DNA of 64,000 nt from Selaginella moellendorffii (lineage: Eukaryota; Plantae; Lycopodiophyta), in the NCBI RefSeq assembly GCF_000143415.4, contig NW_003314269.1, positions 1,242,150 through 1,306,149 of the forward strand. The letters are read 5' to 3'. This document shows, piece after piece, positions 52,122 through 63,900 of the stretch (position 1 is the first letter of the stretch; the number at the start of each line of letters is the position of its first letter). A program made the position numbers and the translations under genes. Under the pieces are notes generated by a model. The model saw only the letters and a list, made by a program, of their open reading frames with translations. It was not told the DNA's origin and did no database searches.

Positions 52122-55100
52122 CTAATACGGGGTCAAGGGGTGAAAGCCCAAAGCGTGCATCTCCTAGGGAGGGGGGGGGGCCGTAGGGGGTTCCAAAAGT
52201 ATAGTAGGGATAGTGAGGTCTAGGAACCAATCTTGAAGGAACTCTCTAGTGGTGCTTCCAAACTGACTTGAGGTTGAGACTACGGCCGAGGGGCCTTGGG
52301 TGGGAGTGAGCATGGGCTTGGGTGGTGCCGGAGGGGCCATCCAGGGAAGTGCTCAAGAGCAGCTCCCACCCCCGAAAAGGAAACCGACTGCGGTGCTCCT
52401 AGCTCATGTGGAGTGGTGCCCCACTTGAGTACCTTGCGGCTCATTGGTCCTCGCCCTTCCTAGGGGCTTGGGCCTTCCCTTCGGGATGGAAGTGGGGGGG
52501 TAGAGGTACCCATACTGGGCCGTTAGGCCATGGTGTTTCACCCCGACGTCCCGAAGCAAGTGCTACACCCAAAGCTTGGGATTTAAAGGGTCCCATGATC
52601 AAGTCTTGTTGTACCAAGGGGTGTTAGAAACCTGGAGGCTTGGTGTGCTTGGCTGCTTGTGCCTGCGGGGAGTGTAGCCGAACCTTAAGTTCAGTCTAAC
52701 TCGGGGAGGGGGATTGGGAGAGATTTGGGAATCCGTAGATGGGATGGCTAACACTCCGTTGTTCGTGTAGTGAGTAGCTGAAACCAAGTAGGACCAAGTA
52801 AGAGCTGGTACAATAGGCGAGAACCTTAGCAAGGGAACTTAGCACAAGCCAAGGCAGTGTTGGTCGGATAGACGTGGTAAATTGGCAAATTGGAAAGGAA
52901 AAATTTGTGGCTTACAATTTGGTATCGGAGCCTTTTCCTCAGTTCTAGCGAAGGATAAAGGCGGATTGCTGGGAGATGGCAAGGGCAGGGCGTAAGCGAA
53001 CCCAGGCGGAGACAGAACCTTCGTCGGAGCTGGAGCCTCCAGTCGAACAAGAGGCTATGGATGAGGAATCCTTGCATGAGGAGGACTCTAGTGAGGAAAC
53101 TTCTAAACAGGAGTCCGGTGGCGAGGTTTGGTCATCCAAGGCTCGATTGGACATGCTAGAAGGACAGTTGGCACAGACCAATGCCCTGCTAGAGACTCTC
53201 GTACGCAAGCTAAAGCGTGACGAGAAGCGGAAAAAAAAGAGAAAGACTACGGATGCTGGCAGTGCAAAAGGTGCGGACCCTTCGACAGGGACTAAGGCAG
53301 AACCAAACAAGGTCGAACAGACCGAAGTAGAATCAGTCCCTCAGGTAGTTCCCAAGTACAAACCAAAGCCCCCACCGGTCTTGAAGGGAGTGAATGACTA
53401 TAAGGTGGTGGAGGATTGGTTTTACGATATGGAGGACTACTTTCGAGCGTTGCAATTACCGAGCTCGGAGAAGGTCCCATGTGCAAAACCATACTTGGCA
53501 GATAATGCCAAGTCTTGGTGGAGAACGACGGAGGCCAACAAAGGACCAGTGGCCACTTGGGACATGATGAAGGTGAGGATCCGCGCAACATACGTTCCTC
53601 CGAATGCCACTTTGCATCTGAGAGATGAGCTGAGTAGGTTGAAGCAGACTAGAACCATCCAGGAATATGTGAATGGGTTCATGGCAAAGAGGATACTTGT
53701 CACGGACATGGGGGATATGGATGCGTTCCATGCCTTCATATCAGGTTTGCAAACCTGGGCTCGCGGTGAGGTGATGCGCTGGAACCCGACCAACTACAAG
53801 GAAGCATTGGATGCGGCCATCAAGGTGCATTTCAACGATAACCTGCGAAAGGGGAACACGACGGGGTCGGGATCCACGTTTAGCAAAGGGGCCAAACCAA
53901 GAGGAACGTATAACAGAGGGAAATTCAAGAAGAGTTTCTCTAAAAATGAGTCCTCGGGGTTCCAGAAAGGCAAATCCGGTGGCCAGCGAGCGAGTACGTG
54001 GGGGAGTCAAGCGAAAAAAGACAAACCCACGGATAAGAAGGTCAAGTCGTATAGCAGTGTGGGAAACAACGTATGCTACAACTGCGGTGAAGTGGGACAC
54101 TTTTCGAAGGAATGTCCCTACCCGAAAAAGGCCAGAGCCAATATGGCCATCAAGTCGAGTGAAGTCCAAAATGAGGTATGTGATCCAGTCCCTAACTCAA
54201 AGTTACTCATTACACGAGCAACTTTGGTAGAGAGTCGTTCGCGACATCTACTAGCCCTCCGAGGGAAGCTCGGAGGTAACTTTGTTAAGATCCTTATTGA
54301 CACGGGTGCTTCAGATAATTTTGTGGCTGCAGACATAGTCCGGCAAGCCGGACTAATGGTGCAGCAGCTAGGCGAACCAAGGACTATAGAATTTGTTCAA
54401 GGTAGCCAAAGCACTAATGAGGTACTTTGACAAGCGAGAGTAGAAGTAGGGACATGGAAAGTAGACATAGATTTCACCGTGTTAGACATGGTGGGATTTG
54501 ACGTGATCTTCGGAATGGATTGGTTCAATCGGTTCGTGGTAGCCTTGCATGGACAAGGTAGGAACCTTGTGGTACTGGCGAATGCCCAAGGAAGAAGATC
54601 TAGGGTGGAGGCCCAGGATCTAAAGGTAGGGCAAAGCAAGGCCAAAGAATCCTACTTAAACCTGGTGTTCACAAGAGAACAACTCACTAAAGGAACTAAG
54701 GCAACATTTTTGTGCTTACTCTCGGTGAAGAGTGACAAAAAGACAGGAATGGAAGAAGTACCTTTAGTGATCCAACGGGTGTTGGACCAATTCCAGGATA
54801 CCATGCCGGAGGAGTTACCGGCAGGGTTGCCCTCCGCACGACCGATAGAACATAAGATTGAGCTAGTCGAGGGTGCTGAGGCGGTGGTTCGTCCCCCCTA
54901 TCGTTTGAACGAAAAAGAACTCAAGGAGCTCAAGTGCCAACTAGAGGAGTTGGTGGACAAAGGGTATGTTAGGTTGAGCAAGTCGCCGTATGGGGTGCTA
55001 GTGTTATTTGTGAAAAAGAAAGATGGATCTATGCACATGTGCATAGATTACCGGTTGCTCAACAAGTATACAAAGAAGAACAAGTACCCTTTGCCAAGGA

Positions 55101-55716
55101 TTGAGGACCTGTTCGATAGGTTGGGAAAAGCAAAATACTTCTCGAGGATTGACCTAAGGTCAGGATACTACCAGATCAGGGTAGCTGAGGAAGATGTCGA
55201 GAAAACAACCTGTCGAACAAGGTATGGGAGCTTTGAGTTTCTGGTGATGCCCTTTGGGCTGTGCAATGCGCCGGCAACATTTTCGGCGTTGATGAACCAC
55301 ATCTTTGTACCCTATCTGGATCACTTCGTGGTTGTCTATATCGACGACATCCTGATCTATAACGAGACGCTAGAGGAGCATGTCGAACACTTAGCGAAGG
55401 TGTTTGAGAAACTAAGGGAACACAAACTGTATGCTAAAGAGAGCAAATGTGACTTTGCTCAACAAAAGGTAAAGTTTCTCGGGCATGTGGTGGGCCAGGA
55501 CGGGCTCAAGGTGGACCCGGAGAAGGTCCAAGCGATCTAGGAATGGGAGCGACCATCGAATGTACATGAGTTGAGGGCATTCTTGGGGCTATGCAACTAC
55601 TACCGAAAGTTTATCAGACACTATTCGAGAGTAGCCCTACCCTTAACAGACCAAACAGGAAAAGGGAAGATGGTATGGACAGCGGAATGCAAGGCGGCAT
55701 TCATCCACCTCAAAGG

Positions 55717-56311
55717 TGTAAGTTCCTGAGTTTGGACTTCCCGGGAGGTCACCCAGCCCAGTACTATTCAAACCCAAGGACGCTTAACTCCAACTATCCC
55801 AAGACCCTTAACCAATTGGAAAAGGGGGTGCACTCTTATTCATGGGCCCTTTCCCTCTATATTTGAACCCCAATGGATCGTCTCTCAAGTCGTTCCCTTT
55901 GGTTGCTTACAATCCACCACGCTTCCCTGCAAGTTCACGCCCTCGTGAACGGAAGCTGAGAGCCGCAGCTCTCCCGAGAGCCCCGCTCTCTTGACACCCT
56001 ACCCCTCGGGTCGAGCCCAGTGGGAGCAAACTGGACCAGCCAGATGTCAATCAACATGTGGTGCGATTCCCTTAGCCAACCAACAGAGTCGGACCCGAGA
56101 CCTCTCTGATACCAAATGTAAGTTCCTGAGTTTGGACTTCCCGGGAGGTCACCCAGCCCAGTACTATTCAAACCCAAGGACGCTTAACTCCAACTATCCC
56201 AAGACCCTTAACCAATTGGAAAAGGGGGTGCACTTTTATTCATAGGCCCTTTCCCTCTATATTTGAACCCCAATGGATCGTCTCTCAAATCGTTCCCTTT
56301 GGTTGCTTACA
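55717..56311 (-). mobile_element. Intact Cassandra TRIM (595 bp): two 195-bp LTRs with 5S rRNA-derived promoter, TSD AAAGG
   Basis: LTRs 55717-55911 and 56117-56311 nearly identical; minus strand AGTTAAGCGTCCTTGGGTTTGAATAGTACTGGGCTGGGTGACCTCCCGGGAAGTCC matches the 5S A-box/IE/C-box; Met-i PBS and PPT present. Confidence 0.95.
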
Positions 56312-57449
56312 AAAGGGAAGTTGAGGAAGGCTCCTGTGTTGGCATTACCAGACTTTGGTAAGGACTTTGAGGTAGAAACAGATGCTTCGGACTTTGCGTT
56401 GGGCGCAGTTTTGAAGCAAGACAACCATCCAGTAGCGTTCTTCTCGAAGAAGTTGGACAAGGCTCAACGGAAGTGGCCTGCCCACGAGAAGGAATTGTTT
56501 GCAGTGGTCAAGGCGCTCAAGGAGTGGCGACACTACCTTAGGAGACACTTCAAGGTTTATACGGACAATGTGGCACCAAAACACTTCTTGTCACAGCCCG
56601 ACATGAGAGGGAAACAAGGTCGGTGGGCCAATGCCTTGGCTGAGTTTGATTGCGAAATTCTGTACAAGCCTGGGAAGAGCAACATCATGGCGGATGCGCT
56701 AAGTCGAAAAGCGAGCTTAAGGTTGGCGATATCCAGCGCAACAGCAACCTTCTCGAACAATGTGCGGACAGTATATGAGAATGATGGTCTAGCACAAGAA
56801 GTGTTGCTGAGGAATCTAGAGGCACGGGAAGCTCACCAGAGAGGTGAGCTGCCAACGGAAGAGAAAACGGGTTATGCGGAACGCAACGGACTCATCTATT
56901 ACAAGCAAACGAGGGTGTATGTTCCAGAAGGGGAACTAAGGAAGGTACCCTTAGAAGAGTGTCATGACGGACCTCTTGCGAGACACGGCGGAGTGCCCAA
57001 GACGATGGGCTTACTCAAGAGGAAGTACCATTGGCCAGATATGGCTAAAGACGTCCAAGACTATGTAAAGACATGTCCAACATGTCAGCAGGTCAAAGCC
57101 GTGACTAAGGCTAGTGGGGGCTTGTTGCAAAGCATCCCAATTCCAGATCGTCCGTGGAAATGTCTTACAATGGACTTCATCACGGGACTTCCCCCAAGCG
57201 AGGGGTTTGATGCGATATTCGTGGTAGTGGACCGATTTTTGAAAATGGCACATTTCATACCCACCACAACGGAAGGGGATGCAGAAGGTGTGGCGAAGCT
57301 GTTCTTCGAACAAGTGGTTCAAGTACGGGGAAGGCCGGAAGAGATCATCTCAGATCGAGATAAGATCTTCACTAGTAGGTTTTGGAGGACTCTCTTGGAA
57401 CAGTATCGCACCAAGTTGAAATTCAGCACAGCCTATCACCCACAGACAG

Positions 57450-57496
57450 GTATGGGGTATTAAGTCAAGTTTGGTGGCACTAACACTTCTTGACAG
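57450..57496 (+). other. 47-nt spliceosomal intron in retrotransposon integrase
   Basis: CAG|GTATGG...CACTAAC..TTCTTGACAG|AC; removal restores HPQT-D-xQTxRVN in frame. Confidence 0.85.
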
Positions 57497-57915
57497 ACAA
57501 ACAAACGAAAAGGGTGAATAGGCAGCTAGAGGATTATTTGTGATGCTATATCACGGGAGACCAAACCGATTGGGTAAGTCATTTGGGACTTACAGAAATG
57601 TGTTATAACAACTCACCACATTTGAGTATCGGGGTGAGTCCATGGGAAGTCATCAATGGGCGAGCTATTGAAGGTCCTGTGGAACTCAGCGTGGCCGAGT
57701 ATCATGGAGAGTTACCCGCAGTGGAGGCATTCACGGCGGAAAGACTCAACATTTGGAATCTAGTGAGGGATTCCTTGGAACGAGCTCCAACAAAGGCAAA
57801 CTAAGTACGTGAACCAAAAGTGTCGGGATGTAGAGTTCCAAGCTGGGGAGAAGGTGTGGCTGAACACCAAGAACCTTAAGCTACCAAGTGGGATCAGCCG
57901 GAAGTTGACCCAAAT

Positions 57916-57967
57916 GTAAAAATGCATGTATTCCTATAAATGAATTGATCTTGAGTTCCTTAAGCAG
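57916..57967 (+). other. 52-nt spliceosomal intron in retrotransposon integrase C-terminal region
   Basis: AT|GTAAAA...TTAAGCAG|GTTC; removal restores KLTQ-x-FAGPY in frame. Confidence 0.78.
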
Positions 57968-60900
57968 GTTCGCGGGGCCTTACGAGATTGAGGCTCAAAT
58001 CGGTAAAGTGGCTTACCGACTCCGACTTCCTCGAGAGATGGGGAAGATGCATCCCGTGTTCCACGTGAACTTACTCAAGCCGTATTTTGAGGATCTGCTT
58101 CGCAAGGACCAAGTAAGACCTTTACCTGAGGTTATCCAAGGGGAAGAGGAATACGAAGTCGAGGCCATCCTCAATGCGCACAAGAGCAAGCGACAAGGAC
58201 GCGAGGTGAGAGAGTTCCATGTGAAGTGGAAAGGATTTCCACACTGTGAAGCAACATGGGAACCGAAGGAGAACCTAGTGAACGCGCGAGATCTAGTAGA
58301 GGAATTTCTGCAAGGCAGAACTCTATGTACTTATGCAAAGTTCAATTAAAGTATCAATTTGTGAAGTTGAGCAATGGGATATGTTGGGACCTGAAGGCGC
58401 GCCGAAGGTAAGCTAATTAGCATGGGTTAGCTAGGTTGACCAGGCGTAGGGAGCTACGCCTAACTCCTTGCGGGGATGTCGAATCCGTAAACGTATTCTA
58501 CGGAGGTTGGGTTTGAGTCCCAACCCCCTAGTAAAGCAAGGCTGGGTTCAAGTCCCGACCCCATACTAGGGCGTGGTGAGGTGAAGAGTATAGGGACACC
58601 TATATTCTGTTGTCATGGGCTCTTGGCTGGGGAGGCTAACTTAGGCACACCGCTAAGTGGGGGGATGCCCCCGGAGACATGGTCAACAAGTCGTAGGATA
58701 AAAAAGAGACGTTCGATGTGGGCATCGAACTTCTTCTATGGGTGGTGGAGTTGTAAGGAACCAACTCACTGAGGTGTTGTAGGCTAAAGGAGCCCCGAAA
58801 GCTTGACCAAAATGATAAAGAGTTCATCGGATGGGACCGAGTCTAAGATCGAGTCCAAGACCGACTCTAAGACCGAGTTCGAGATAGAGTCCGGAATCGA
58901 GTCCGAGACCGACTTGGAGACCGAATTCGAGACCGAGTTCGAGATCGAGTTCGAGACGGAGTCCGAGATCCGAAAACGGGTCCGAGACCAAGTCCGAGGT
59001 CGAGTTTGAGGTCGGGTCCGAGATCGGGTCCGAAATCGAGTCCGAGATCAAGTTCGAGACCGAATCTAAAGTCGGATCCGAGATCGAGTCCAAGATCAAG
59101 CTAGAGACTAAGTCCGAGTACTAATACGGGTCAAGGGGTGAAAGCCCAAAGCGTGCGTCTCCCAGAGGGGGGGGGGGGGGGGGGGGTAGAGGTACCCATA
59201 CCGGGCCGTTAGGCCATGGTGTTTCACCCCGACGTCCCAAAGCACGTGCTGCACCCAAGGCTTGGGATTTAGAGGGTCCCATGATCAAGTCTTGTTGTAC
59301 CAAGGGGTGTTAGGAACCTGGAGGCTTGGTGTGCTTGGCTGCTTATGCTTGCGGGGAGTGTAGCCGAACCTTAAGTTCAGTCTAACCCGGAGAGGGGGAT
59401 TGGGAGAGATTTGGGAATTCATAGATGGATGGCTAACACTCCGTTGTTCGTGCAGTGAGTAGCTGAAACCAAGTAGGACCAAGTAGGAGTTGGTATAATA
59501 GGCGAGAACCTTGGTAAGGCAACTTAGCACAAGCTAAGGCAGTGTTGGTCGGATAGACAAGGTAAGCTGGCAAATTGGAAAGGAAAAATTTGTGGCTTAC
59601 ATTTGCCCCCAATAAAGTCCTTGTCCCAAGGACGAGTTATACTAGTGATCACCCTTTCTGGTGAACCCTGCTCAAGCTCTTAGTCCATCTTCCACAGCCG
59701 TATACATCAAGGAGGCATTGGGTTTGTCACTCCGAGATAGTACACCTTTCAACTGGCTGACATAAAATACTGGATGAATTTTCACCCTAGATAGCAGCCG
59801 CACCCAATAAGCCGCTTTACCAATGCGCTCCAGCACTTCATATGGACTAGCATATCGATAGGAAAGTTTATCACTCTTCCCTGTTCGTAAAGGCACCAAG
59901 GTGTTCTGCCGCTCACTTGATGGAAAGATCACTCACACAAAGACAAGATCACCCACCTTATATTCCCGGAATTGGCGATGCTCATTGGCAAACTTCTCTG
60001 CTCTATCCTGAGCTGCTTGTAAATTTCATTTGCACATCACCAGAATCTCATCAAGTTCTGTGGCTAGATCAGTTGCCTCGGAATCAAGCTTATCTTGAAT
60101 GTCTTTACTCAAATGCAATCCCAACTCCATCGCTGTTTGAGGATGCCTTCCAAATATGGCAAAGTAAGGATTTAACTTGGTTCCACTGTGTTGGTTATTG
60201 TTATAAGCAAATTGCACCAATGGAAGATATAGATCCCATTGTCCTTGCTTTTGACCAATGTTGCAACGTAGGATATCCTCCACCACCTGATTCACACATT
60301 TGGTTTGCCCATTCGTCTGAGGATGATCTCCACTCGAGAGTTTCAAAGTCACTTGCATAGCCTTTGCAAAGCTTTTCCAAAATCCACTAGTGAACTTTGA
60401 ATCTCGATCACTAATGATATCCTTTGGCAAACCAAAATCAGGAAAAACCTTCTCCAAGTAAACCGCAACCAAGTCTGAGGCATTGACAGTCTTCCGAAGA
60501 GCCAACAACCGCATATACTTCGTCAACCGATCCACTATAACCCATACTTGCTCTTTTTGCCTCTGTATTCGTGGCAAACAAGTGATGGAGTCCATAGAGA
60601 TACTACACCAACGGCTCTGAGGAATAGGTAAAGGTTGCAAAAGTCCCCCCGACTTCTCCTATGGCACCTTAACTCGCTAACAAAGCTCACATAATTTATA
60701 ATACTTGAGGATATTAGCTTTCATATTCCTCTAATAAAAGTTGCACTTAATCAAGTCATACGTCTTCTTCCCCCAAAATGACTGGCCTCTGGATGATCAT
60801 GATTGTGGAATAAAACTTGAGTAATTAATGCATCCAGCCGTGGCAAATATACATAACCATTGTAGTAGAGAATCCCATCCATCAATGAAAAAGGGGCTTC

Positions 60901-63900
60901 CATCTGGTCTTGCAAAGAGGCCACTTTAGCATCTTGAGCCTAAGTATGCTCAACCAACTACCCAAACTCACTGACCACCTTATTCAAATGATGACAAAAT
61001 CATGTTTATAACGTCGTTATATAACGAACATGAAACAAAGCATCTGCCACCACATTTGATCTTCCCGGACATGCTCAATAGGAAACTCCCCAAACTCCAT
61101 GAGTTTAACCATCCAACGAGCTTGCCTAGTGTTTAACTCCTTTTGTGTGAAAAGATACACAAGTGGTTTGTGATCTGTCAACACCACGAACACTACACCA
61201 TAAAGATAATGCCGTCATATCCGCAAAGCATGAACAATAGAGAGTAACTCTTGCTCATATGTGGAATAGCGTTGCTCCGCGGAATTCAAAGTTCGACTCT
61301 CATATGCAATAGGTTGTCCCTCTTGCATGAGAACTCCTCCCAGTGCATAACCACTCGCATCGCATGTCACCTCGTAAGGTTTCGATGGATCAGCAATGCG
61401 AAGCACTGGAGTCTCGCTCAACAATCGTTTCAGTGCCACAAAACTCTCCTCTTGTGGCTGCTTCCACTCGAATGGCACATTCTTGCATAACAACCGCATC
61501 AAAGGAATAGCCACCTCAGCAAACTTATGCTGGAAACGTCGGTAGTAATTAGCCATTTCAAGAAAACTATGCAACTCAACCATTATAGTTAGTGTAGGCT
61601 AATTTTCCACCACAGCCACCTTCCTTGGATCCATCTTGACACCCTTATATGTCATAATATGGCCTAGATATTCCACCTTCGACTTTGCAAACTCATATTT
61701 GCTCTTCTTTGCATAAAGTTTGCTGTCTCGAAGTAACAAAAGAACCTTGCGCAAATGCACCCTATGCTCCTCTATATTCTTGCTAAAAACAAGAATATCG
61801 TCCAAGAAAATCTCCACAAACTCATGAAGATAACGCCCAAATACCTCCATCATCAACCGAGTAAATGTGGCCGGTGCATTTGTCAAACCAAACGGCATAA
61901 CTGTAAACTCAAAATGTTTGAAACTTGTGTTGAATGCCGTCTTGGAGATAGATGCATCATCTATTGCAATCTGATGATATCCACTTCTCAGATTAATCTT
62001 GGTAAACACTCATGCTTCACCAAGCTTGTCTAAAATATCATCCACACGTGGTATCAGCATCTTATCCTTCACTGTCTTTTTGTTCAAAGTGTGGTAGTCA
62101 ATACACATCCACATTGAACCATCCTTCTTCTTCACAAGCAAGACCGAAACACCAAACAAAGACTTACTTGGCTAAATAAATCCAAACTCAAGTAACTCCT
62201 TGATTTGTTGTTGAACCTCTTGCTCCTCTGCATAACTTAACCGAAATGGACGCTGGTAAATTGGCTGCGTCCCCGGCTTCAATGTAATCCCATGCTCCAG
62301 ACCTAATAACAAAGGCAACCCATGAGGAAGTTTAGATGGAAAAACATCAGAAAATTTGTCAAGTACATCCCGTACTGCTACTTCTCCCCCACACGTGCTT
62401 AAAATCCACATTGGATCACCACGGAACATGCCCTCCAGCATTATCGCTGATTCACGAGTATCCTCGAGCTCCATCTTATTCCACACACAATTGAGCTGAT
62501 AAGCAACAATCAAAAGTCTCTGGTTGTTCTCGTCATTCTTACGCTGCAAAGTTTGCAACTTTTTAATATCTGACTTACCGTGAGAAGAAGATTGGCCATT
62601 CTTCTTGTCCTGCTACTTGTTCTTCAACTACGGACAATCAGTTTTGTAGTGTCCAAGTTTACTGCAATGATGACAACCCTATCTATAATTCTTCATAAAG
62701 AACTTTTGCTTCTTGGACCCCTTTGCATCCAAAGTAGTCACCACCAACTTCAACTTGTGATGCTTGTTCCCATTCTTGTGTCCACGGCGATCATCACGAC
62801 GATTTTCGATAGAAGGACTCCACAAACACTTGCAAGACTTGTGTTTGTCATTGTCAAGTCAACGAGCCGCATCAAAGAGCTCCTCCAAACTCTTTGTAGG
62901 CTGAGAATGATGCAAATGTTGTCGCATGCTCTCACTATGTAGGCCATTAATGAAGTAGGACTTGTTCTGATTTGGATCCTTTGTTAGAACATGATTAATC
63001 AAGCGAGTAAGCTTCTCAATATAGTCCTCAAATATCATTTTCCTTTGCTGGAAATGTCAAAGTTCTGTACAAACTTGCATCTTGTCTTGCATCTCTTGCT
63101 GATTTTGATTAAGGGCTCACAGCTCATGAACCACATCTTGAATGGTCCAAATCTCCACAGCTTTGTTAGCACCATCGTCGGCACCACCATCGACAATAGG
63201 ATTCCAATGTCCAGCTTGGTCAGCCATCGCAACCAAGTCCTCTGATACCAATGTTATGATCCGGCATAAACAGACTAAGATCTATGTCATGATCTGGTGC
63301 AAAAAGACAGAGATCTAGTCACCCTAAATTATACTACACCACCTCTTGAGGTTCCTCACCACCCAACCACCCCTAAGCTACCTCAAAAGCTCCATTACGC
63401 CACTGCTCCACTATGAGCCCTAAGGTAGGTTAAGTCCTTCACCCTAACATGCTTTAATATATCCTTGAGCCTCCCTTTGACCGATGTTGACCACGTGGTC
63501 AAAGTTGGTGCCTAACACTATGTCTGCAGCCATAAAATTATTTGAAGCACCCGTGTTAATAAAGATCTTAACAAAGCTACTTTTGAGCTTCTCTCAAAGG
63601 GCTAATAGATGTCGCAAATGACTCCCTACCAAAGTTGCTTGTGTAATGAGTAACTTTGAGCTAATGACTAAGTCACGTACCTCAATTTAGACTTCACTTG
63701 ACTTAATGGCCATATTGACTTTAGCCTTCTTTAGGTAGGGACATTCTCTCAAAAAGTGTCTCACTTCACCCCAATTTAAATATATATTATTTCCCACATT
63801 ACTAGCAAACTTTATTTTCTTATCAGTGGGTTTGTCTCTTTTTGCCTAACTCCCCCACATACTTGCTCTTTGGTTATTGAATCTGTTTTTCCAAACTTGA

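Larger units (their letters stand above)
52976..58349 (+). pseudogene. Family A gag-pol polyprotein, inactivated
   Basis: CYNCGEVGHFSKEC, LIDTGA, YIDD, TDAS, HHCC, DDE, GPY, chromodomain YEVEAIL..FHVKWKGF..ATWEP. In-frame stops at 54428, 55538, 57541; +1 frameshift ~57788; Cassandra insertion; two introns. Confidence 0.92.
51741..59601 (+). mobile_element. Full-length chromodomain Gypsy (chromovirus) family A copy A1, TSD TTTGC
   Basis: LTRs 51741-52916 and 58752-59601 (TG..CA); PBS TGGTATCGGAGC at 52920; PPT GGGTGGTGGAG; gag-PR-RT-RH-IN-chromodomain. Confidence 0.96.
51466..63517 (-). mobile_element. Gypsy family B copy B2 with both LTRs (51466-51731 and 63252-63517), TSD (C/T)TATG
   Basis: Matching LTRs with a 33-bp terminal duplication; PBS at ~63240-63250; CHHCSKLGHYKTDC knuckle; protease deleted near 62398; decayed RT/RH/IN 59672-62400. 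Confidence 0.92.

Noticed and set aside
51792-52230. ETEF/SDS/LGL repeat ORFs (also near 47100 and 58800)
   Set aside because: By-products of the LTR hexamer array, open on both strands; not CRISPR, as there are no unique spacers
54428-54430. Programmed gag-pol readthrough stop
   Set aside because: Lies inside the protease and is better explained as CGA-to-TGA decay
55734-55789. 5S rRNA gene
   Set aside because: Only the internal promoter part is present, embedded in TRIM LTRs; no 5S termini
62544-62578. Intron in family B gag (GTAAGT..TTGCAG)
   Set aside because: The frame reads through (SHGKSDIKKLQTLQ) without splicing
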